NCBI RefSeq assembly: GCF_000143415.4
Contig: NW_003314279.1
Location: 1,226,091 to 1,290,090, forward strand
Length of the DNA stretch: 64,000 bases
Source of the DNA: Selaginella moellendorffii
Lineage: Eukaryota; Plantae; Lycopodiophyta
Reading direction: 5' to 3'
This document shows positions 1 to 11,165 of this stretch, piece by piece. The notes below the pieces were generated by a model. The model ran no database searches, was not told the DNA's origin, and worked only from the letters and a program-made list of their open reading frames with translations. A program made the translations under genes and the position numbers. Position 1 is the first letter of the stretch. Each line of letters begins with the position of its first letter.

Positions 1-2110
1 TACTTATTTATTAAAAAGAGAATAATTAATGAGATTGATAGTCACTCAATTATAGCCAAACTTTACTGAAAAACATCTTAGATTTATGATGTTGATATAT
101 TTATTTCTAGCTAAAAACATTTTATTTTCATACTCAAAAGTTTTGGGATTTAAAATTTTGGTATGTTTAAACCTTACATCTCAAGGAAAAGGTTTAGATT
201 TACTGCAAAAATAATATAGAGAAAAGCAAGTGTACAATTATTTTATTTTATTCATTGAAAACTATAAAGCCCAGAATGTTTTTTTTAATATTTTAAATAT
301 TAAGCCTTATATAAAAATTAATATAAAATTAAATTATTTTTTCAATGTTTTATACCAAGTTTTGATAAACTTTCATATTGGAAAACTGTTTTACTAAACA
401 AAAGTAAACATATTTATCACAACTAAAGTTAATAGCATTAATTTATTTATAACTGCAACCACAAATCCTCTCACTTAATATGATAAAGTTATTATTTATA
501 AAATCTAGTGTTGCTAAATTATTTATGTTTTAAGAAATTTAAGATAAAACATATACTATTTATATATAGTAATAATAATAAATTTGCTTCCCAATAGTAT
601 GATCATGACTAAGAATGACACATATTATGCACACAAAAGAAGAATACTCAATTCTATAGCTTTACTCATTATTATATCTATGTCAATTTAGTTTTTTTTT
701 ACACAACTTTAATAGTCCTTTGTGTGATATTTTATTAGATCTTGAGTAAGTCTATATATTAAGTCCCTTATTATAACTTTTGTGAAAATTTCTGTTTACA
801 TTTTTTATTTCACAAAATATTATAATGTACGCAATCATGTTTTGAATTCTATAATGGTAATCAAAATGTGATTATGTCCATTATAAAATTGACATTGGAA
901 CATGCAACATATGAAAATATTTCATACTACATATACAACCAACCATCTAAATACTCTTTTTTAAGTGAATCTATTCAATCCTCAATAGCTATGGTTAGGC
1001 TAGGAAATCCCATTTTTCATCAAATGGAAATCCCTCAAAATCAACTAGGAATGTCCAAAGAACACATTTGCAACTAGTAACAGTCCACACTTTCTTCCCA
1101 TTTTTATTTTTCTACCCAAGCTATACTCTTTCTCAATCAATGCTTTTAGCCTATCACTTGTTAAAGGAATTTTGTTTTTTTCCTCTTCGAAGTTGGAGTA
1201 CCTAATTTACAGTAGCTTTGGGCATGCTCAATAAAATAGTGTATATGTTTGCAAGTATCCCAAATTCCTTAACATTACTACTAGAAGATCACAAGAACAA
1301 TCAAGAAGAGGGAAAGATCCATGATATGCAAAAATTTAAGTGTTTACTTAAGCCACAGAATGTGTACCTTGTTGATAATAACAATGTATATATAGTTGAG
1401 ATGTGATTGAAAGAGCAACAAGCAAAAACAATAACTTTCTCCCTTTTGCTTTTGTTTGGTCAAACTTAGGCCCTAAAGCTAGTGAAATTATATAGCCAAA
1501 TGAATTTTCCTATGTTGTAAAGAAGTTTTCAAAGAAAGTTTTACATGTAAATATTCTTTTTGGTATCACACTCAAGTGTTTTAACAATTCAAAATATCAA
1601 TGTGTTTTTTAAAATACTTGATTTACTAGATTCTATGCCCTATATCTCCCCAAATTTAATTAGGTTATTAGATTAACTTGAAGTCAAAGCCATCTTTTAT
1701 TCTTTTTTCTTTAGTATTATATTAGTAGTTTTATTTTTTTTCTCTTATTTTAACAATGAGCTCATGAAAATATATATTAAATTTAAAATAAAAAAATACA
1801 ATTTTTATATATCAAAATTATTAGTATTTATTTAGTTATTTATTACAAACCTTATTTACATTTTTTTTTCTCCATATAAATTTATGTGCAACTAAATTTC
1901 TAAAAACATTATTTTTATTTATAGAACATTAAAATAAAGTAGTAAACAAAATATTATAGTTCCAAAATAATACTTATCTACTTTTAAAGAATAGCATTTC
2001 ATATCAGTATCTTTAGAAGCATAATGAATTCTGACTTCATTACTTAAATCCTAATATATACTTTTAACTTTAACTAAAAATACCATTATAATAAATATAT
2101 GAAATGTCTT

Positions 2111-2285
2111 TGTGAGTGCATAGAATATGGAAAGGGAATACAGAAATGTGCATATCAATTAGCCCAAAAACTCTAGCTTATATACAGGAGCGAGTGGTCC
2201 GGATTGAAACCAATCCGACGGCTACCAAAATCCCACTATGCTAATATTAGTATACGGCATCGTAGCCGTACACTTGACCCTCACA
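2111..2285 (-). repeat. 3' LTR of outer Ty3/gypsy
   Basis: TGTGAGTGCA...CCCTCACA; ~92% identical to 22230-22404. Confidence 0.92.
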
Positions 2286-2300
2286 TCATCCCCTCCTTTC
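2286..2300 (-). promoter_or_regulatory. Polypurine tract of outer Ty3/gypsy
   Basis: Minus-strand GAAAGGAGGGGATGA immediately precedes the 3' LTR. Confidence 0.8.
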
Positions 2301-2533
2301 GGAATAATGGAAGACTATCAGGGTTCTCTTGTAGATGGGCCGGGATCTGGAGGAACATCAAGAGGAGGCATCGACGGATCTATAGATGGTATTAACCACT
2401 CCTGATCCTTTTGTATGAAGTGTTTCAACCGCTACACATGCACAATCTCTGGAGGATCGGCCTGTTGGACGTTATGCCGAATCTCATAAACTTGTGGTCC
2501 AACTTGCCGCAACACACGATACGGTACTTTCCA

Positions 2534-4346
2534 CTATGCAAGGAGCCCCTTAGATAAACCACGTACCGTAAGATGGGGAAAACGAACTAACACCAAATCA
2601 TCCACTTTGTACTCTGCAGATGGACGATGATGGGAGTTATAACACCGTTGTTGTCCCACTTGTACGCGACCTAAGTGTTCGGCAAACTCCACTCGGACAA
2701 GTGAAAGAATGCTTGTCAAATATTGATCCCATGACCTAGCATCCGCAGCTCGTGGCAATTGTGAAGGTAAACTCAATTCTGTTAGTAATATTAGATCATG
2801 ACCATATAGGAGTTTATATAGTGAAGCACCAACAAAACTCTGCACCCCAGTGACATATGCATACCGAAGAGACGGCAAATAACTATCCCAATCCGAATGT
2901 TGAAAGTTCACATACTTTGCAATCATCCCCTTGAACGTCCGAACGAGCTGTTCCACTAGACCGTCTGATTGTGGATGATAAGCACTCGTGAAAGTGTGGC
3001 GAATCCCCAACCGAGACATCAAAACATGAAATGCCTCAGCCATAAATGCGGGACCATTATCTAAAAGAATCCGCTTTAGACAAGAATGCTGGAACACCAC
3101 TCGATTGAGGAGGAAATATCTAACAGCAGTTGTAGAGGCGCTAGCAAGAGCACCAACTTCCACCCAACGAGTCAAGTAGTCAGAAGCAATAATAACATAC
3201 TCATTGCCAACAGTCGACCGTGGAATAGGTCCCATAAGATCAAACGCCACCAACTCAAACGGACGGGAAACTGCAATTGACTCCAGCCGTCCTTCCGCAG
3301 CCCGAGGGGGAGTATTACGAACTTGGCACCAAACGCAGTTACGCATATACCGGATAATATCACGTCGCATCTCCGGCCAATAGAAACACCTGCGTAGCTT
3401 CTCGATTACACGACGATGTCCCATATGCCCACCTAGAATAGGAGAATCCGCAGCCCGAGGGGGAGTATTACGAACTTGGCACCAAACGCAGTTACGCATA
3501 TACCGGATAATATCACGTCGCATCTCCGGCCAATAGAAAGACCTGCGTAGCTTCTCGATTACACGACGATGTCCTATATGCCCACCTAGAACAGGAGAAT
3601 CATGGTAGGCATGGAGAAACCGCGGAATAAAGGTAGAAAGCACCACCAGCCGTAAATGATCATCAGGATCTATCCCCAGAAAATAAAGAAGGCCATTTTC
3701 AAGATGATATTGAGAATGTAAATGCCGGAAAGGCAAATCATCAGCAAGTGATGCAAGATTCTCAAACCCATTTCGAAGCCTTCGAATCCATGGCTCAATC
3801 TTTTGAGCCTCACGAACTTCATCAAGCGAAGGTAGATCTTGCTCTGCACCTTGTGGACACTAAACGTAAAGAAGTTGTGAATGTAAAGAACAACTGCCGA
3901 CGGCACAGAATTCTCGTTTAGAAAATCCACAGATGCTGGAACGACAGGCTTGTCAGAAACATGAGAAGAGAGTGAAGAAGGAAGAGGAGCTCGAGAAAGG
4001 GCATCAGCATCAGCCATAGAACTCCCTGGGCGGTGAACAACATTAAAATCATATATCTGAAGCTTCAAAGAACACCGAGCAATACAACCAACCAGGTTCT
4101 TCCGCTTTAATAACGAAGTAACAGCAGTATGGTCACCTTCAAGTAACGTCCGAGAGCCATGTAGATATGCATGAAGTTTCTCGAAACCCCAAACTACTGC
4201 TAAACACTCTTTCTCTATTGTGGAGTAGTTCATCTCCGCTGGTTGTAATGTACGGCTTATATATGTAATGGGATAGCGCTGACCAGGCACACTCGAGCTC
4301 TCTTGCATTAACACACCTCCAAGACCAATGTCAGAAGCATCCACGT
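2534..4346 (-). pseudogene. pol: pol 3' half of outer gypsy: RNase H and integrase (frameshifted, with stops)
   Basis: DASDIGLGG...YSTIEKECLAVVWG...DALSR (RNase H); GHIGHRR...CVWCQ zinc finger, FDLMGP, DNGPAF, YHPQSDGLVE (integrase core). Confidence 0.92.
3294..3599 (-). repeat. In-frame 153-bp tandem duplication of the integrase HHCC zinc-binding domain
   Basis: 3294-3446 and 3447-3599 are nearly identical; the peptide GGH(I/M)GHRRVIEKLRR...CVWCQVRNTPPRAA occurs twice. Confidence 0.9.
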
Positions 4347-4749
4347 AAGCTCTATTTCGTTAAAGTGGGAATTGTCATTATCCCACTTGTAAAATAAGGT
4401 TTCCAAACCTTTATATAGTATATAAATATAACAAAATTCAACTGCATTGAGGCACATGCCATTTTATTTTAAACAAGGAAATGTCTACTCAATCACTTCT
4501 CCTCCCCCTGCCACTGCTTCACCTCTCTCTTCTCCTTGTCATCGTCGTCCAATTTCTTTCCATCCTTTTAATATTGGCTCAGTTGCTCCGAGTCTAGGTG
4601 GAGCCCAAATCTTTACTTTCCCCTTATTAATAAAACAACTTCGTAGACTTCCAATAACATGCTGTAACACTTCTAGTATAATGCAAATCCTCTCAAAGAA
4701 TTGTCTTTTAATATTAATACAATGGCATGGAACCCCATGCCATAATAAG

Positions 4750-7217
4750 TTACATTTTTAAATAAATACTCCAGTCCCACTCTGCTGCAGGACCAATAAC
4801 AAAGGCGAGTGTGAAGATGCGGACATTCGTCGGTATCTTTTTCTTAGCCATTATCCCATGGATCTCCCGCATCTCCTTGCCTTTCAACCGAGCCTTCACC
4901 TCGTTCAAGGCCTTCCAGAACTTGTGATAGGATTCGGAGTCGTAGATCATATAATGGACTGAAGATTCCACCTCCGCAAGTCCCACCATTAAGTCAATGA
5001 TGGAGCTGACTTCGTCTGCATGAGTGATCTCCTCGTTTGTGAAGTCCATCACACAAAAGATGTTCTTGACCTGCTCATCTCCGCGGGAAACGATGCTCCT
5101 CCACCTTTGATCCTCATCCGAATTCAAGTATACCCGGTAAGGTTCTCGATAGGCCTCTGCTGCGGGGTCGAGCTGTTTCTGAAGCCGGCGGTCGACATCA
5201 ATCTTAATGAAATTTGGATACTGATCCAACTTCTCAGCTTTACTTTTTGTGGCATCCCGCAGCAGATCGATGAACTTGGGGGCCCCCTTCACGTACTTGT
5301 CGATGTCTTCATTTGACAACTCCAGCGCTTCCATCATCTCTTGCGTGGTGTCGATGCTCACCCTCTCCACGGCCACTTGCTCGAAGATCCAATCCTTCAA
5401 TAGCGCACGAGCTCTCAGAGTCGTGCACAAGTCCTCGTATGTCACAATATGGCCGGGAGTCATTTTGGTCTTATTGAAGACTACCTCACCACGTAGAAGA
5501 GCATTAGCCACTGTCAGAAGGTTGTCGTCGTCTAGAGACCGCGAGAAACGCAAGGCGTTGAGCTTCAAATCATTGGGCTTCCGGCCGTCCTCCACACCCA
5601 TTGAGTTTGGCAACTCCCTGTCATGGTACCTCCTCAGCACATCTACCCATTTGTCAAAAACAACTTTTGTTGTGAGTAGAATGTTATGGATGCTGAGTGT
5701 GTCATTGACCCCCAATGTTTTCGAGAGAAGACTCGAGAATTCCTGCAATGGAAATGGCGTGAGGCCACATGCTATGCCACATGCAACGAGGCTTACCTAC
5801 CAGGCGCTAGTTGCTAGTGCACGTCCTTGTCCTGGTTTTTGTGGCTTCTTCAGTTGAACCCAGAGCTTCCGTGTTCATGCCAATGTCTCGTGCAGACCCG
5901 ATTTGTAGCACGTTTCTTGCTTGACATTCTGCGCGTGGGAGATGTATATGATAGATCGGAGGGGCGAGTTGCCTTTTATCAGGCGGACAACTCTTGTCTT
6001 GAAGACTTTCTTCACCTCCTCGCCCACCATAATATCCACAACTATCTCTTGCATCGCCAAGCTAGAATGCTGCCCGGAGACGGCATAGAACCGGATGTTC
6101 TGATCGTCCAACACCTTCCTATTGATCAAGTTTGGAAACCTCGTCTCGCCCTTCATTGTTCGGTAGTAGGGGATCACGTCTGCGATGTCGGGTGTTACTG
6201 GACTTGCCAGCATTTTCTGCTTCAGTTTCTCCACCCACTCATCAGATACTAGCCTGTGGTTGTATTTGCTTTGGATGTCGATACGGCTCACGTCGATTGT
6301 ATATACTTTTTTGGAATAGTAACAAGTACTATTATTTGCGATGATTTTTGCTGCCTCTTCTTGCTCTTTCTGCTCTTTGCGGCTCTTCTTTTTGGTGGGT
6401 GTAGTGTTCGAACCCGAGGCAATGGCATCACTGAGTAGCTTCTTTTTTGGAGCAGGAGAGTTGGACGTCGGCTTGAGCTTGACCACCCTTTTCTGCTTCG
6501 AGGTAGTTTCTAGATCGACCCCCTTCCCCTTTGCTTCGCGAACTGGAGTCACTCTCAACGGCTCAATGTTGGAATATAGTTTTTGAACATCGCCGTAGGT
6601 GAGGTCCGTGGATTCCATGTGATCTTCATAGACCCGCAGCGTCTTTGAAATTGTGGGCCTCCTGGACAACCTCTCCCTAGCTCCCTCTAGGAATTCCTCA
6701 TAGCCGCTGCCCCCCTCCGGGAAGCCGCTAGGATGTGCAAGGTGGATCTTGAAGGTAGACGCTGTCTCTACCACAAGTGCCAGTCCATATTCTTGCATGG
6801 AACTGCATGGAGTGTCTGTCACTTGGATGAGGATCCCCATGCATTCTTTTCTCCCACCATCTGTGTTGTACAGCCTCAGATCCTCGCCTTCCATCCCGAA
6901 AGTCCAACTGGTGAGCTCCTCCCCCTTCTCTGCATCCACATTGACAGTGGCTGGAAGAAGAACGCAATTCCTCGCCTGTTCAGAAATGCATAACAATTAG
7001 AGCTGACAGATGAAAAGCTAGTAGCTGGAAATAACGTGAGGCCACACGCCATTCACCACTGCATCAGATGTCTTGAGGCTGCATCCTAAGATGGCGTGAG
7101 GCTACACACCATCTGTAACCGGACTGCACTCGAGAGCCCAATCGGTGCATGCCAATGTTGCTACTGAATGGCATGTGGCCTCATGCCATTTTCTATTTAG
7201 CCTAAAAGACTTACCAT
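4750..7217 (-). pseudogene. Transposon accessory gene, ~724 aa, with ParB/Srx(DGQHR)-like domain; two nonsense codons in this copy
   Basis: Inferred model: ATG 7217-7215 | GT-AG intron 7214-6976 | exon 6975-5797 | GT-AG intron 5796-5743 | exon 5742-4750, all phase 0. In-frame TGA (5877-5875) and TAG (5799-5797) are each one C>T from CGA/CAG. Motif YTIDVSRIDIQSKYNHRLVSDEWVEKLKQKM...FYAVSGQHSSLAMQE. Confidence 0.72.
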
Positions 7218-8142
7218 TTGAAGCCGAATGGAGGCGTGACAACCGGACTCGCTGGCGAATGTACACTGTGTGTGCAGCGGATCGTAGCAGCAAGGGTACT
7301 CTGCCACTTACAGTTGGAGAGTGGCGCTGAAATCTCCCGGGATGCCAAGTGGGCTGCGTGTGGGTGGTGGAGTGGGCGGCGGAGTTGGCGGCGAAGTTAC
7401 AAACTGGGTGTGTCTTGAAGTGGACGCCGATGCACACGAGCGCGATGCGAGCGCGAGTGTGATGCAAGCGCGAGTGGACGCCGATGCACACGAGAAACCT
7501 GTAGAGAAGTGGGAGCGTGAGTGGGAGCGCGATGCGAGCGCGAGTACGAAGCAAAATGCAAAACCTAACCTCACACGCGCGAAATGTCACGACGGTTGGT
7601 AATCCCGCCACGTCATCATTCCTCGGACTTGGGCGCCACCATTAATTTCTGGATCGGCGCGCGCATGCGTGAAATCCAAAAGAAATCCGCAACGTCATCA
7701 TTCCTCGGACTGCATGCACGGGAAATCCAAAAGAAAGATCATGATTGGGATATCATTTAATACCCTCACTATATTTATACCATGCATGATTGGATATTCC
7801 AAAGCATCTTGTATTTCCAAAAATGCCAGATGTTCAGCTAAATAAATTGTCAGAGGATTTGATGTGACGTTCAAGCGTGTGGGCTCATGCAATTTTGATC
7901 CCAAAAAATGCACCAAAAAATGCTCGGCGTCATCTGGCGTTATCTCTTGAATGGCGTGGGGCCGCATGCCATTTTCAGAAGCACATAAGAGTATATTCCT
8001 AGAATATTCTGACACGCGCGAGATTGTTTTGAGTTTCCTGGAGATCCAACCGTTAGATCGCAACTAGATTTTACAGAATGGTATACAATGTCCTTCTTGA
8101 TGACCCAGCAAAGAAGCATCTCGATCGGACACCACATGAGAC

Positions 8143-9279
8143 TGTAAGGAACCGACTCCCCGAGATGTCGTAGGCTAAAGGATCCCCAAAAGCTTGACCG
8201 AAATGACAAAGAGTTCATCGGATGGGACCAAGTCGAGGATCGAGTCCAAGACCGACTCTAGGACCGAGTTCGAGATAGGGTCCGGAATCGAGTCCAAGAC
8301 CGACTCGGGGACCGAGTTCGAGTCCGAGTTCAAGACCGAGTTTGAGACGGAGTCCGAGATCCGAAATCGGGTCCGAGACCGAGTCCGAGGTCGAGTCCGA
8401 GGTCGGATCCGAGATCGGGTCCGAGATCGAGTCCGAAACCAAATTCGAAGTCGGATCCGAAATCGGGTCCGAGATCGAGCCAGAGACTAAGTCCAAATAC
8501 TAATACGGGTCAAGGGGTGAAAGCCCAAAGCGTGCGTCTCCCAGGGGGGGGGGGGGCTGCAGGGGGTTCCAAAAGTATAGTAGGGATAGTGAGGTCCAGG
8601 AACCAGTTTTGAAGGGACTCTCCAGTTGGGCTTCCAAACTGACTTGAGGTTGGGACTGGGACCGAGGGGCCTTGGGTGGGAGTGAGCATGGACTTGGCTG
8701 GTGCCGGAGGGGCCATCCAAGGAAGTGCTCAAGAGCAGCTCCCACTCCCGAAAGGGAAACCGATTGCGGTGCTCCCGGCTCATGTGGAGTGGTGCCCCAC
8801 TTGAGTACCATGCGGCTCATTGGTCCTCGCCCTTCCTAGGGGCTTGGGCCTTCCTTCGGGATGGAAGTGGGGGGCGAGAGGTACCCATACCGGGCCGCTA
8901 GGCCACGGTGTTTCGCCCCGACGTCCCGAAGCAAGTGTTGCACTCAAGACTTGGGATTTAGAGGGTCCCATGATCAAGTCTTGTGGTACCAAGGGATGTT
9001 AGGAACCTGGAAGCTTGGTGTGCTTGGCTGCTTGTGCTTGCGGGGAGTGTAGCCGAACCTTAAGTCCAGTCTAACCCGGGGAGGGGGATTGAGAGTGATT
9101 TGGGAATCCGTGGAAGGATGGCTAACACTCCGTTGCTCGTGCAGTGAGTAGCTGAAACCAAGTAGGAGCTGGTACCATAGGCGAAACCTTGGCAAGGGAA
9201 CTTAGCAAAAGCCAAGGCAGTGTTGGACGGATAGACGAGGTAAGCTGGCAAATTGGAAAGGAAAAATTTGTGGCTTACA
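8143..9279 (+). repeat. 5' LTR of chromovirus, containing a GAGTCC/GAGATC hexamer-based minisatellite (~8230-8490)
   Basis: TGTAAGGAAC...GGCTTACA; matches 13386-14533. Confidence 0.96.
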
Positions 9280-9282
9280 ATT

Positions 9283-9295
9283 TGGTATCGGAGCC
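9283..9295 (+). promoter_or_regulatory. Primer binding site (initiator tRNA-Met)
   Basis: TGGTATCGGAGCC 3 nt after the 5' LTR; one mismatch to canonical TGGTATCAGAGC. Confidence 0.88.
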
Positions 9296-9338
9296 TCTTC
9301 CTCAGTTCTAGCGAAGGATAGAGGCGGATTGCTGGGAG

Positions 9339-11159
9339 ATGGCAAGGGCAGGACGTAAGCGAACCCAGGCAGAGACGGAACCTCCTCCAGAGCTGGAGCC
9401 TCCGATCAAACAGGAGGCGATGGATGAGGAATCCTTGCATGAGGAGGACTCTAGTGAGGCAACTTCCAAACAGGAGTCTGGTGGTGAGGTTCGGTCGTCC
9501 AAGGCTCGATTGGATGTCCTAGAAGGACAATTGGCACAGACCAATGCCCTGCTAGAGACTCTCGTACGCAAGCTAAAGCGTGACGAGAAGCGGAAGAAAA
9601 AGCGAAAGACTGCGGATGCTGGCAGCGCAGAAGGTGCGGACCCTTCGGCAAGGACTGAGGCAAAACCAGACAAGGTCGAACAGACCGAAGTGGAATCAGT
9701 CCCTCAGGCAGTTCCCAAGTACAAACCAAAGCCCCCACCGGTCTTCAAGGGAGTGAACGACTATAAGGTGGTGGAGGATTGGTTCTACGATATGGAGGAC
9801 TACTTCCGAGCGTTGCGATTACCAAGCTCGGAGAAGGTCCCATGTGCGAAACCATACTTGGCAGATAATGCCAAGTCTTGGTGGAGAACGACAGAGGCCA
9901 ACGAAGGACCGGTGGCCACTTGGGAAATGATGAAGGCGAGGATCCGTGCAATTTACGTTCCTCCGAATGCTACTCTGCATCTAAGGGACGAGCTGAGTAG
10001 GCTGAAACAGACCGGAACCATTCAGGAGTATGTGAATGGGTTTATGGCAAAGAGGATACTTGTCACGGACATGGGGGATATGGATGCGTTCCATGCCTTC
10101 ATATCAGGTTTGCAAACCTGGGCTCGCGGCGAAGTAATGCGGTGGAACCCGACCAACTACAAAGAAGCGTTGGATGCGGCCATCAAGGTGCATTTCAACG
10201 ATAACCTGCGAAAGGGGAACACGACGGGGTCGGGATCCACGTTTAGCAAAGGGGCCAAACCAAGGGGAACGTTTAGCAGAGGGAAATTCAAGAAGAGTTC
10301 CTCTAAGAATGAGTCCTTGGGGTTTCGGAAAGGCAGATCCGGTGGCCAGCGAGCGAGTACGTGGGGGAGTCAGGCGAAAAGAGACAAACCCACGGATAAG
10401 AAGGTCAAGTCATATAGCAGCGTGGGAAGCAACGTATGCTACAACTGCGGTGAAGCGGGACACTTCTCGAGGGAATGTCCCTACCCGAAGAAGGCCAGAG
10501 CCAATATGGCCATCAAGTCGGGTGAAGTCCAAACAGAGGTATGTGATCCAGCCCCTAACTCAAAGTTACTCATTACACAAGCAACTTTGGTAGAGAGTCG
10601 TTCGCGACATCTACTAGCCCTCCGAGGGAAGCTCGGAGGTAGCTTTGTTAAAATCCTTATTGACACGGGTGCTTCGGATAATTTTGTGGCTGCAGACACA
10701 GTCCGGCAAGCCGGACTAACGGTGCAGCGGCTAGGCGAACCAAGGACTATAGAGTTTGTTCAAGGTAGCCAAAGCACCGATGAGGTACTTCGACAAGCGA
10801 GAGTCGAAGTGGGGACTTGGAAGGTGGACATGGACTTCACCGTGTTGGACATGGCGGGATTTGACGTGATCTTCGGAATGGACTGGTTCAATCGATTCGT
10901 GGTAGCCCTGCATGGACAAGGTAGAAACCTTGTGGTACTGGCGAATGCCCAAGGAAGAAGATCTAGGGTGGAGGCCCAAGATCTAAAGGTAGGGCAAAGC
11001 AAGGCCAAAGATTCCTGCTTAAACCTGGTGTCCACGAGAGGACAACTCACTAAGGGAACTAAGGCGGCCTTTTTGTGCTTACTCTCGGTGAAGAGTGACA
11101 GAAAGACAGGAATGGAAGAAGTACCTTTAGTGATCCAACGGGTGTTGGACCAATTCTAG
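9339..11159 (+). CDS. gag: Gag and aspartic protease of chromovirus (ends in an in-frame TAG before RT)
   Basis: CYNCGEAGHFSREC zinc knuckle; LIDTGASDNF protease motif. Confidence 0.93.
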   Translation: MARAGRKRTQAETEPPPELEPPIKQEAMDEESLHEEDSSEATSKQESGGEVRSSKARLDVLEGQLAQTNALLETLVRKLKRDEKRKKKRKTADAGSAEGADPSARTEAKPDKVEQTEVESVPQAVPKYKPKPPPVFKGVNDYKVVEDWFYDMEDYFRALRLPSSEKVPCAKPYLADNAKSWWRTTEANEGPVATWEMMKARIRAIYVPPNATLHLRDELSRLKQTGTIQEYVNGFMAKRILVTDMGDMDAFHAFISGLQTWARGEVMRWNPTNYKEALDAAIKVHFNDNLRKGNTTGSGSTFSKGAKPRGTFSRGKFKKSSSKNESLGFRKGRSGGQRASTWGSQAKRDKPTDKKVKSYSSVGSNVCYNCGEAGHFSRECPYPKKARANMAIKSGEVQTEVCDPAPNSKLLITQATLVESRSRHLLALRGKLGGSFVKILIDTGASDNFVAADTVRQAGLTVQRLGEPRTIEFVQGSQSTDEVLRQARVEVGTWKVDMDFTVLDMAGFDVIFGMDWFNRFVVALHGQGRNLVVLANAQGRRSRVEAQDLKVGQSKAKDSCLNLVSTRGQLTKGTKAAFLCLLSVKSDRKTGMEEVPLVIQRVLDQF

Positions 11160-11165
11160 GATACC

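Noticed and set aside
1-2110. AT-rich stretch with short ORFs (868-1077, 1218-1406)
   Set aside because: No recognisable domains or termini in the window; possibly an old non-autonomous element, but unsupported
8194-8496. RD/RV- and SD-repeat ORFs (also 13437-13751)
   Set aside because: Translation by-products of the LTR minisatellite
11157-11159. Programmed stop-codon readthrough between protease and RT
   Set aside because: The position (after PR, in the F-x-D-x-x-P-x-x-L-P linker) is atypical for a gag-pol recoding site and there is no CARYYA readthrough context; a CAG>TAG mutation is simpler
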